This document shows positions 14,036 through 26,510 of a stretch of 64,000 nt of DNA, one piece after another. Numbering within the stretch: position 1 is the first letter of the stretch; every line of letters begins with the position of its first letter. The notes below the pieces were generated by a model. That model saw only the letters and a program-made list of their open reading frames with translations, did no database searches and had not been told where the DNA came from. A program made the translations under genes and the position numbers. This DNA is from Chrysomallon squamiferum (Eukaryota > Animalia > Mollusca), in contig CM022673.1 in NCBI GenBank assembly GCA_012295275.1, positions 25,048,001-25,112,000 on the forward strand, in the 5' to 3' direction.

Positions 14036-17000
14036 CACAATCCAGAACAAAAATAGTCAATCAAAATATTAAAATAAAAATATTACAAAAAATTTGAAAA
14101 ATTATATTAAAGAAACGAAAGTCACGGCAGATTTCTTCGCCTTTAACTTCTTTTTGATCCTTTCACAGACCCTTCTCACATTAATAACCCCATGTTCTTT
14201 CAAATATCCTACAACTTAGGATACAATACATGCATAATGATAGAACATGCTAAGCCTCTTTTCAGACATATGCACTTGATGAGATAAAACTGACTGAGCT
14301 ATTTGGTCAATATAAATGAATTGATTATGACACCACATTCCAGCAGATTACATGAACATCCACTCGGTGTCTGATAAATCAATTACTTATTTTGTGCTTG
14401 ACTTAGCTTTCATCAAAGACATGACACGTATTATTACAGAAGATTCATTTCTGCTCTGTCTATTTTTGTCACATATAAAATATTTTTAACCAAAAACACT
14501 TCTTCTATCATGATAACACAGAAATTTTTTCGCCTAATAAAATCTTGTATGATTAGTATTAACAAAAACATCCATTATGACAGAGTATGTGTGTGTGTAA
14601 GTAATGACTGGTATATAAAATCTGATAATGGTTTCAGGTGTTTTCTGAGACAAAGTGTAGAATATAATCACTTTTTTCCAGACAACCAGATGAGAACTGA
14701 AACCAAAGCTTTCAAACCTAGCTGGTGTAGCTGCAGATATATATATTTTTTTATGCTGGATATTAATTATAATTAGACATAAACATATTTACTTACATGC
14801 TTGATACAGAAACGACATTTTTATCTTAATATTTCAAAGAAATAAAAGGCAGTTCAAAAATTTTTTAAAATTCTGTTCTTTTTACAGTGTTAATATGGAT
14901 ATTTAATACATTTACTGGATTTGGGTTTTTTGTTTGTTTGTTTGTTTACAATATTTTTATACAATATTGTATTAAACATTTCACCCTCACAGCTGTAATG
15001 TATGATTAATTAATTACCAAATAAAAACTGTTCGAGGTTTTCAAACCATTGTATGACAGACACTGTGAGACAGAAACCCAGATAAAATAATGTAAAGATG
15101 AAGGTTTCAGTCAGTTAAGCTGTGTGAAAGTATCTTTAATTTCACTGATTTTTTTTCTCATCAATTTCAATAACTGAAATCTTGCAGGAATTCTCAAACA
15201 TTGCGATGCAGTGTTTTTCTGTCGTGACTTTTCAGTGTGAATTTCTCTGTGTTTCATTTCTAATGCAAAGAAAAAACTATATATGTCTTTAAAATGATTA
15301 CACACACACATAAAAACTTTAAAAAAATATTTGACATATAATTTCAATATTATTTTAAACAGTCAAAATAAAAATTCCTTTACACTAGAAAAACAAAAAA
15401 ATTAGTTTCTACCGAGTTTTGTGACAAATTTATTATGATATACCAAGACTAATCAGCAGGATTTACTGAGATATACTAGTGTCCAGTGGAAACATATGGT
15501 CAGTTTGTCATGTCCTTTTCAAATCATTAGTAAGCTATTTTGAAATGAATGGACTCTAAAACTCTTCCATTTTCAATCTGACCAATGAGTTAGCAGTTTC
15601 GTATTTAGGCAGGTGTTTCCAAAAGATTAATTACAGAAGTCAATTTTTGTGTAATTATTTAAAATCTTTAAGAATTTGTTTTCAATTACAGACCTAACAC
15701 CTGTTTCAAACTTAATAATCAACCATGTCAGAAGATACCATGAAGATATATTTCTGAAATGTCTTAAGGATATATGATTCTGATAAGAACTGTATTTGTA
15801 CTGTAGCAAATCATATCAGTTTCAGAGACTGTACTCACACAAAGTGCAAACAAAGAAAATATTTAAAACTACAGGCTTTAGAGCTAATGGATTCCAGAGT
15901 TTTTTTTTTATAATATTTTTTTTCCTGTATGTTTTGTTCCCCTACAAAGTGATATAAAGATAAATAATGCTAATGGTAACTCTGGCAACATTATACATGA
16001 TTTGTCAGCCATGGTTATTTCTATAGGGTCTAGTTATCTCTGTCTAATTTAAATTACGTAATTTACTGATGACATTGTTGCTTTGGTTTCCTTTATTAAT
16101 TGTTTTAACTCATCTGCACTATCTATTATGTTACCTTCATATAATATGTAATAAAAATCACCCACACATACAGGCATATACATACACACAAAAATAAAAC
16201 ATTTAGTTTGACAATGCTGTAGTTAATTATGAATGTTATTTTTTCTGTATTTAAATTACATTAACTCTATGATTATGTCAGATTTATTGATTTTTGCCAT
16301 TTTTTGTGAAAACATGTTTTTGTTGTTTGTTCTTATCAGAAAGGTCTTTGACTTCTAGATGTTTATAAATAAGAAAAAAAATAACTGTCTGCTAATTAAT
16401 TTCCAAGAATAGCTTTCGTTGTTTCATTTTCTTTTTCATAATTTTGTTTTTTTTTCAAGTCAAATTTCAAACACTTATCTTTTTTTAAGCAGTATATATT
16501 TTCACCCATACCTGGTGCATTTATATTTTATTTGCACTGTTTTACTGACAGACAGAAAGGGTACCCAACACAAAGCACTGAAATTAATCCACCATAAACT
16601 GATACTGATATTATGCAAAGTATGCAGCAGTCTGCACCTGAAAATACTGACATTAAGTAGAGAGCTTTCTTGTCAATTTAATTTTAGCAGACAAATAATA
16701 CAAGAAAATATAATTTAAAAAAATATATTTATAGAGGTTTATAAGCTGCAATATTTTTATTTATAATTTTTTTTTTTTAAAGCAGTCTTTTTTTATATTA
16801 GGCCTGAGCATTGTTGATAACAGTGTCATATTACTTGCTTACTGTAATAATGTTATTTTTTTAAAACGTTCAGTTTGACAATAGAATACAAGTGAAAACT
16901 AATTTAAAGTATCATTCCTATTTATAATATATATTATTATTATTATTATTATTTTTAATTTAAAAAAAGAAAAAAAACGTTTTATAAAAAAAAATTAAAT

Positions 17001-17590
17001 CTGTTTTCAAAGGTTTTTACATAGATCAGTTCTGATAGCAAGCAGAAGATGGATCAAATTACAGTGAAGTAATTTTAAATAAACACGCAACCTACAACTT
17101 GATCAAATACTGGAACCAAATGATTAATGACACATACATTGCATGTCACTGTTTCCTTCTTCTTCTCATTATTACTTTTAACTCTATTTAAACTGTCACC
17201 ATAAAGTCTGTTTAGGTAAATTCTAGAAAACATTTATTTATTTATTTATTTGTTTTTTTATTTGTTTGAGCATGTATGGGTGAAAAAGTGATTTTTGTAT
17301 AGAAAAAAGGAATTATGGGTGTTAAAATCTTGAATATTTTTTAACATGCCATTTCAAATTAATCAAAACCTCTATGTTAAGATACCACACTGCAGATCAT
17401 ATTACATGTGCAAACTGTTTAAGTCAGCAACAGGTTACATCATGGAATGCTGTCATGACCAAAAAAACATGATTTTCACAATGTGGGCCAGTTATTCAGC
17501 AGGTAAACACCAGGTATTTCTCAAGGGTATTCTCATGATGCACACTTTTGAAAAACTAGTAAATGAAGCCTATAAAATAATGTTTAATAG

Positions 17591-17967
17591 CATCTTTCAC
17601 AAAAAGACCATCAGAGAGCAGTTGGCATGCTTGATACTGGATGCAGTGTCATTGAAGTGGTCACACATTTTGATGTAACCAGAGATACTACAGAGAGACA
17701 AAAACAATCATTTGCAGGGTGGCACCTTCAGAGTGTCCATCCACAAGTTACAGGACAGGAACATCAAACCCACTAAAACCTATAAGCCAGCATTCTGAAT
17801 TGACAAACAGATTCTTCTCAGACATTCAGGGACAAACCATATTAAAGAGATTTGTTCAGTCAATTCAGGAACCATGGACACAACAACAATTTTGTTCTCT
17901 GTGTATCACAGACAAGATGCCAGGTCATACCAAATCTCAGTTCTGTTTGCAGGAAATGGACAGGTGA
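17591..17967 (+). mobile_element. Decayed Tc1/mariner-superfamily transposase fragment (N-terminal HTH region to start of the catalytic domain)
   Basis: The frame from 17591 reads HLSQKDHQRAVGMLDTGCSVIEVVTHFDVTRDTTERQKQSF...HPQVTGQEHQTH*, resembling the Tc1-type N-terminus (RLS..R.RAIGML..G.S..EVA..F.V.R.TI.RL...GRPRVT). A second frame gives PWTQQQF...KSQFCLQEMDR, resembling W....W..VLFSDESRFCL...DGR. Frameshifts, stops and deletions are present and no TIRs were identified. Confidence 0.7.
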
Positions 17968-19014
17968 AACATTAATTCCATAATTGCTGATGAACATTTT
18001 GAAATAAATTAATAATGGAAAATGTATAAATAAATATATTCCTGAGGATGGTGATAAAATTTAACTGTATTTTGTTTAATAACGTATTACAATAACGATA
18101 AAACAGATTTGTCAGATTTACTGAGGCTTCCTTTTGTATGTGTTCCAGATATTAAATCATAAATAACAATAATAAATAAAGAAATAAAGAAAGAAAGAAA
18201 GACAGAAATAGTGAAACAAATAAAAGATCTTATAGAAAACGTTGTTATGAAAAGACAATTAAAATAGATATAACCATGTGAGTCCATCAAAATAAACATA
18301 AGAGTGTAGTATGTATTTAAAAATATTCTGTAGAAAAACTGGCAAAATAAGCAGCAACTGAAGAATACAGATAAAAATATAATCAGCTGACTGAAATGAT
18401 AAACTCCAGTAAATATAATGATGAAAAAAACCCAAACAACAATTCTATAAAAACTCCATCAATATGCCAGAAAAAAAAGAGAAACAAAATTAGCAGGCAA
18501 TCGCTAAAGCATCTAACTAATGAGTAAAATAAACACTTTGTCTGAAAAACAGTGGTTATTACATGGTAATAAGAAAAGAGCTTTCACTGAGAAACATTAA
18601 CCACGACCACACAATCTCTGCTTCAGGTTTCGTATATCAAAGGTCACGTAATCTCCGAGATTGAAAACTAATTAAAGCTTTTTTGAGAATTCTGACTGTA
18701 TTAAAGCTTGTCATGAACAAAACTTAGTGCTGTAATCAAACATGTGACCAGGTCAGCCATCTTTGAACAATCAGGATGGAAGCATGCAGTACATTAATTA
18801 TCCAGTTTCACCCACTTCAAATTAGTTCTTCAGTGAATGTTAAAATATTAGCCTCAGCTCTCTCTGAATTAATTCTGAGTTAGAGGTCGCTTTAAGTCAG
18901 GATTATATTTATTTAACTTTTCCATAAGAAAATATCTTAGAGAGAAATATCATTAACCACATTTTTTTTAAAAACCAACCTGAATACAAAGATTCATTTT
19001 ACATCAAATACATA

Positions 19015-19053
<39 letters not shown>

Positions 19054-20385
19054 AATTGGATTTTGTTTTTTAATATAAATTAAAAAAAAAAAATTCCACT
19101 TATAAAAATAAATAAAGCTAAATATTTTTTGGCATTTTATTTTTATTTTTAAAAGATTTTCCCTTTTGCTCACAGAGGGCACATGTACACTGTTAATTTA
19201 ATTTCTTTGAAGTCTGGCTGACTTAATTGTTAACCAAAAAGTTACTGCCATGAAGAAACAGGCTTTTTTTAAATTTAATTATAGGAAAGAAATTTGTTAG
19301 ATGTTTCAGTGAACAATTTAGATGGATTGTTTCTGGTACTGATTGTTTTTTCACCTGGTTAAGATCACCTACAAGGGCAGCAGATAATCAGCATTCAAGC
19401 AGAGCAGATTTGTCACAGCTTAAAGAATTTGTCAAGTGATCATTTTTAACTGAACAGTGGTATTGTCTTTTGAAGACAACACACCACAACACAGACACAA
19501 AACTGAAGAAGCTGACTTTTGTGTATCAGATCTTGTATAGTTTACAGCAGGTTGGAGCTTTTTTTCATCACTGCATTAATTAATTAAAGCCTTTTCCACA
19601 CGTAATCTTGTTTATTAGCCAGGGACATTCTTCTGCACAACATTTCCTTCACTAATGATTGCACCACCTGTTATGTGATTTTTTGTTTAAAAACAAATGT
19701 CCTTACGAGATATTTCAGTCTAATAATGTCTATGAAACATTCTCTTTTCCCTCTGCATTCTCCTCTTTACAGCCTCTGATAATCTGAAATTGTTTTTGTT
19801 TTGTTTTGGGTGGGTTTTTTTTTTTTTTTTGTAATTTATATAGCAATAAATGCTATAAATTATAAATACAGTTATCAACAGACAAAATTATATCTTTAAA
19901 ACATGCCAAAATGAGGCTAAACGAATGTTGACTGATAAGAAGCAAAAAGACCCTAATTAATATAAAGATGACCTTGCAAATTGGTGGGATCTGAACTCAG
20001 TCGTGTTATGGGGGTGAGTCAGTGAAGAAATTAACCTGAGAATCAGATCAAGGTTGTTGTGAAGCAGGGCATGTTATGGGTTTTATGTTTCAAATGTCTG
20101 TTTTATGTTTGCAGTGGTTGTTTTTAACTGAATGGGGGTTTATCCTGTTACAGCTAGTAGATCAAGGTGTGGTTTTTAATCTGTAACACTAGTAGTAATT
20201 TCACTGTCAGTGTGTGTTGGTTATGTAACATTTACAATGATTGCTATGTGAAGGAAACCTGAGTAAAGTTGTTCTTGTTATTTAATGGGTTTTTTTATTC
20301 TGATCTCCTCAGTGATGTTAGGCAGTTTCAAACAACTTCTTGTCACCAGCAGATTGTTGTTTTTTTTTCTCTATCATTCCCACTA

Positions 20386-20386
<1 letters not shown>

Positions 20387-20417
<31 letters not shown>

Positions 20418-20473
20418 AAACAAACACATACACACTCACAACACACACACACTCACACACACACACACTCACA

Positions 20474-20545
<72 letters not shown>
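20387..20545. repeat. Imperfect (CA)n microsatellite
   Basis: Directly visible. Explains the HT-repeat ORFs. Confidence 0.96.
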
Positions 20546-20551
<6 letters not shown>

Positions 20552-23448
20552 TTAATCATTATATCCATGATACATACTTTAAATCCACTTATTAACAAAA
20601 AACGTAAAACTGTAAGGTTTACAGTATTAATTTGATACGTTCTATAGACATGTGATTGCTGTAAACTTGAGTCACTCTGGCTCAGAGCCACAAACAGCTC
20701 TGTCTGATCAGTAAATACAGATATTTAACATAAACAAAACAACTGCATTGCAGACTTAAACCTGTTTTCCTGATGCAACCATAAATTAAATAAACATCAG
20801 TATTTATTTGTCATTTTTATGTTTGTAATTTCTATTTTCTAAATGTATACTGGTATTTAAACAAAATAATTCTATTACAGGTTTGTGTTTACAATACCAG
20901 TTTCTTCAGGCACCTGAAGTCATTAATGTTTTCCACCTTAACATTTATAGTTTCTTTTTTCTCAAAGCTAACTGCAGCAAATATAAACTTAATTCCATCT
21001 TTAAGATTACAGGTTTCATCTTCCTTCTAAATTTTACCTCATAGGGTTCAGAAAAGAACTAAAATTGATAGTTTTACAATAAATATAATATTAATGATTA
21101 ATCTATTATAGAATATTAATATGGAAAGAAAAATTTCAAACATTGTCACATTTACTGGTATCTTATTCATTTCTTTGAAAAACATTTTCAAGCATTTACA
21201 AAATAATTATACTGATCTGTTACAGCAGCAAACAAATTTCTAAGGACCAGAAAAAGAATAAGAGAATAAATAAAAATCATAAATATTGTCTTTTAGGTGT
21301 TTCATATTTGTAGGTTCTTTTATTTTTATTTTTTTTTTTTTCTGTTTAAAAATTACAGCAGCATGGGATATTAAATTAATACAACCCCATGAACAGGAGG
21401 AAGTACACACCACATTCACCACTGATAAACAAGTTATTATACACTGGATGGAAGTATGAGCATCAAAATATACTTTCAGTATAATAAACTATATGATACA
21501 ACACCTACATTTGATTCAGAGGTGTCAAACTATACTGTGTTCAATATCTAACTTAACTGCCCCATTAACAAATCTGTACTAGCAATAAAATGTCCACTGT
21601 TATTTAGAAAACACTGGCCCTGAGAATAATTTAACAAAAGTTTTGTTTTTCACCTTGACCACTGCTTTATCTTAGTTAACAGAATACTACTGTAAAGGAA
21701 GTTTTACTTCTCGGTTTCATTAGGGATTATCTCTGTAATTTAATATCAGCTGCAGCTTACAGTGGGCTTTCTTCAGGAACAAGAGACAAGCAATTTATTG
21801 TATTAGCATTTGATGTGAGTTATTTATCATCTTGTACTTAACAGTTAACAATGCTTCAAGGTGACACCAGCACAGGAGGACAAAGAATGATAAAAATAAT
21901 AATAAATAAATAACAATAAAAAAAAATATATATATATATGTAAATAAACAGAAATCAATAATAAAAAAAAAAAAAAGGCATAATCAACATATAAAATATA
22001 ATATAGTACATTTAGTATGCTAATATGCATATGTATACATTAATTTATGGCTAAATAATATATGTATACAATACAAAAACATACATAAATACATATTTAA
22101 ACACAAACAGATGCACAGACAAACACAAAACACACACTTGTCTATTTTTCTCTCTTTCCAGTTTACTATCATCAACTTTCAAGAAAGTAAGATGGCTAAT
22201 TATAGAATTTCCATTAAATGCTCTTAGTGTGGTTCTGTCAAATGTACACCTGCAATGAAGTTAATCACCAATGAATTTAACTGGAAAATCAATCTGGTAA
22301 TGACCAGAGGGACACATGTAACCGACTGTCATCATGTTAAGTATATCTTTAATCCTTATTCTGCTTGCAAGTAAGAGGTTATTAGATTTCTTATGACTAA
22401 TAATTAATCCAAAATGATCCTGAGTTCAACTACAATCAGCTAATTGCAAGTAGAACCAAGAGGTACTGAATTAAAAACACAGTTGGATAGAAAATTTACA
22501 TACACAACATTCTCAATCTCTTTTTTGAAGGATATTTGTTGTTCTTTATCCTTTCCATTATCACACTCACACATACACATCCACACACACAGACTCACAC
22601 ACACACCAGAAGGCATTAATAATAGTCATACATACTTTAAACCTAAACCTGCTTGGAAGAATATCATTATGACTGTGGGACAACAACAAACAAACATTTT
22701 AAGATTTGGAAGAAACATATTCTGCTTTGCTTTCAGTCCTTGCCATACGATTTTTATAAATAATGTGATGCACTTGTACATCAGTTTCTGAATTCATTAC
22801 GGTAACACACTGTTAGAAACTGCCCTTTGATTATGAAATTTATTATATGAATAACCATGCAGTACCTTAGTACCTATCAGTTACATATGAACTATAATAA
22901 CACCTTTTTTCATCTGTTATGAATATAGACTTCAGTCAATGAAATAATGCATGTACTGGTTTTCTCTGGACCACCATGCTTCATTTAAATCTTGCTGCCA
23001 AAACTATAACCACGATTAACTTTTTTCCTTGTGTGTATTTCATCTTAATTCTGTTTGAACATACACAGTATTGAAAAACATGCAATTTATTACTTCATTC
23101 TTTAATTTTTTCTTCTTTTGTTATCAAATGCAAAATTAAAATGGTTAATAAATTATCGCTAACCTTTGATGTCGTTATTTATAATAGGACTAGCAGATTA
23201 TTTATTAGTCACAATAACTAAAGATCCACGAATCAGACAGAGTGATAAGATTTTTATGATACAAAAATACTTCACTCTGATATTCTAATAGTGTCAGACA
23301 AGTCCAGACGTGACTGTTGATTACAGTACTTCACCTAAATAGTCTCATCTTTCAAGTACAGAAATAAAAGACCTACAGGAATATTACAACCTCTGATCAA
23401 AAACAGATAACCTGCTACAATTAGGTAAATAGTGTGCAACACCATAGC

Positions 23449-23720
23449 ATGTCGTAACGCAATTAATACCTATTGTTATTATTTAACAAATGAAAGAATG
23501 TGTATTTTCAGAGGTGCAGTCAGGGTTTCAGAAAAAGGGATAAGGAATACTGTAGTGACAGACAGAAATTTTCAGTTGAAATTTATGTCATAACGCAATT
23601 AATACTATTGTTTTTATTTGACAAATGAAAGAATGTGTATATTCAGAGGTGCAGTCAGGATTTCAGAAAAAGGGATAAGGAATACTGTAGTGACAGACAG
23701 AAATGTTCGGGTGAAATTTA
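23449..23720. repeat. 136-bp tandem duplication (2 copies, high identity)
   Basis: atgtc(g/a)taacgcaattaatac...cagaggtgcagtcagg...gggataaggaatactgtagtgacagacagaaat starts at 23449 and again at 23585. Confidence 0.95.
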
Positions 23721-25653
23721 TTTAATGTATAAAGAAAAAAAACATCAGCTGGTCACAATTAATGAGAATGGAGGCTTAGATCCAGTGTGTTTCTCTCTGC
23801 AGGTCATAAACTGTGGACTGACATCCAGAAAGCACTCCCTAAGATACATGTGTAATGTCTTAAGACTCTGTGTAACATTCCTACTATTAATCAAAATGAA
23901 TGTCAAATAAGATGTATGTCATGTTCTGTGTATACAAACAGATTAATTTAACTTGAAACATCATGTAACATTCTGTAATCATACGAAATTCTGTCTGTGT
24001 ACAAGTTTATGTCATTTCTCTACATTTTTGTTTGCTACACTTTCATGGGATTTACATTTTAAAGATACAAATGTAGAATCATTTATAGTATATAATAGAA
24101 AATAAAGCTAACATGTTTTTATAAAATAAAATTGCTGTGATGGTTTAATTTATTATATTTAATTTTATATAATATAAGCTTGAGAAGTAAGATTCTATAG
24201 GACATTAACATTTTTTTTGGCATATTTTTCTTCATTTTTCTATTATCCATATAATAGCCCATTAGACACCAGCTTTGTTAATAGTCTATTTTCCGACATA
24301 GTAACAGTTTCCTTTATCTGTTTTTTATAACCCAGCCAGACTCAATACATTATCTATATCATAGTTGTATGCTTGATGTAGCAGAATTTCGATTTCTGGT
24401 AAGGCTTTAGCTATGCGAATACACAAACAATCATACATGTTGATTGATTTTTTTTACTTCAGTAACCAGTCTCCTTAGCTGACAGTGCATTTAATAATAA
24501 TAATAAAGATGCCGATTTTTTTTATAAATCCATAATTAATTATTTGTGCTGTGCACAGGCACAGACAGACAGACAGACAGACACACACAGAGACACTCTC
24601 AAAAGAGTCTACACAGCACAATAATATATATATATATATACACACACAACCACACACATATACAAACAGACATAAAAAAGAATCATACACATAGCCAGTC
24701 AGTTATATAAAAAAAAAATATAGACATTAAAAACAGCACATTCCATACATCACAAACACATATAAGCAGGGTGCTAAATAATAAATTTAAAAAAAAAAAA
24801 TTAAAATGTCAATGAAACTGTAACAGAGGACTGTATTAAAGAAAAATCTTTTAACTGCATGTGTCTTCACGCTCCATCAGTTGTGAAGATGTTTGTACAG
24901 AACAAACATCATTGCACTAGTCTGACATGTAGCTCGTGTCTAAGAAATATTCTTATTGATTATGTTTCACAATTAAAGATGATTCAGTTCTGAAAGGTTA
25001 GTGTCCTCAGAGGATTACTACAAACAAGCAAACATCCACAGATTCAAAAATAGGTGGTGACAAACAAACCTTGAACAAAAAAATAATAAAACCCACCTCA
25101 TTAAATGGTACAGTGCCGTTTTATGTTTATGAAAAGAATAATTTCTGATGGTATTAAATGTAAACAACTATTGAGTTATCCAGTTTTATGATAGGAAACT
25201 AAAAAAAACAAAGTGTTTATCCATGAAATATTATCACTCTAATCAAAGGTTATCTCTTTTCAGAATTTCATTAAAAACAAGATCATAAAACAAAGATCTT
25301 CTGGTAACATTAAAAATATCATTTGTCGTTAAATCGTGTATCAGATATCAGGTTTATGTTAACTGTGCAAATGAATTGATATGCTATTAGCTGATTATTT
25401 TTCACTGTTCTAATAAAAACAATTAATTCTCCACATTTTTATTATTAACGAAAATCAATGTTTTAAATGCTTTAATTAGTAATTCAGTCAACTTCCTACA
25501 ACAAACATGTCTGTGGACATTTTCACTCTATTCATAATCATATACTTTAATCACTTTTGTTGTTAATTAATTTATACATTTTCGGTTAATTAGTAATTTC
25601 AATTATAATCTGAATCAGCTGTGACTTTTATTACGACTCAAACTTGCACCTAC

Positions 25654-25839
25654 CGCGGTTCGAGTTGCCGGGACGGACAGACGTCGCTGACGAAGTTTCT
25701 TATTTTTCATCAGAGCCTGCTCCTGTTTGAAGTCAATGGGGTGGTCATTGTCGGGGATGTCATACAATTGTCCGGGTGCTGCGTACGACGAACGTCGCCG
25801 GGCACTGTCGTGTCCACACACTTTCAAATTCTGATTCAT
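25654..25839 (-). CDS. First coding exon, 62 codons, phase 0 (MNQNLKVCGHDSARRRSSYAAPGQLYDIPDNDHPIDFKQEQALMKNKKLRQRRLSVPATRTA); host gene unidentified
   Basis: aaaATG start, GC-rich and CpG-rich island (about 18 CpG in about 190 bp), protein-like composition, donor GCG|gtaggt followed by an abrupt return to AT-rich sequence. Confidence 0.75.
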
Positions 25840-26510
25840 TTTAGTTTTTCTTTTCCTAAAGCACCAAGTTCAGTGTCTTCGCTCAAAAAAGATCCCAGAC
25901 AATTCTCCACAAACACACACAAAAAAAAAAAAGCACCTCAGATGCGTTTCTTCTTAACTTTCAAAATGTCACGTTCTTCAAACATGGTTGTAGTTAGATT
26001 GTACGAGAAAAAAAAAAAACTGCTGCACCGTTCTCGTAACAATTAATTATCATTTCTTGAGAAACAACACAAAACTCTTTTTTTTTTAAAAACAAGGTAA
26101 AGAGATCCTCTAGCTTAAGTATGCAGTGAGAGAGAGAGAGAGGTCCAGTAAATGCAGATCGATTAAGTTGCTGGCTGTGAATCTACGATTAAGAGGTTAC
26201 GGTGAAGTCAGTCTGCGTGAGATAGCTGAAGAAAGATGATTACACACTACATGCGAGAATCCTAATGTGCCAGGCCGTCTGTATATATATATATATATCT
26301 ATATATATCTGTAGTAGGTAATCTGTCACTAAATACACAGCCTGACCTACATGTCAAACACACATGGCTTATGCATAATAAGGTAAGAGATAGAAAAGCC
26401 CAGTGTCAGATACATACAGGTGGGAGATAGGCAGGAGAATTCCATTCTGCTGTTCTCTTTGAAATACACTGGCAACATGAAGGTAAGTGGCATTCATTGG
26501 CTAGTAGAAC
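25840..26510 (-). promoter_or_regulatory. Probable 5'UTR and promoter of the 25.8 kb exon
   Basis: CpG retention continues to about 26280, with higher complexity than the flanking intron. The exact TSS cannot be determined. Confidence 0.4.

Noticed and set aside
14791-14818. ATG TCG TTT CTG TAT CAA GCA T|gtaagt on the minus strand, and similarly ATG AAA TAT TGT CCA G|gtaaac near 31968
   Set aside because: Both are phase 1 with no promoter-like context. They show that short ATG-to-donor pairs occur by chance, which is why MLQ, MGEGQ and MDFYMDK have low confidence.
17346-17678. 110-aa ORF with a KSATGYI motif faintly like piggyBac transposase
   Set aside because: The match is only a few residues. 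A different frame gives a much better Tc1-type match.
25621-26046. 141-aa plus-strand ORF
   Set aside because: It is the antisense shadow of the GC-rich minus-strand exon. It has a GTG start and no splice or composition support.
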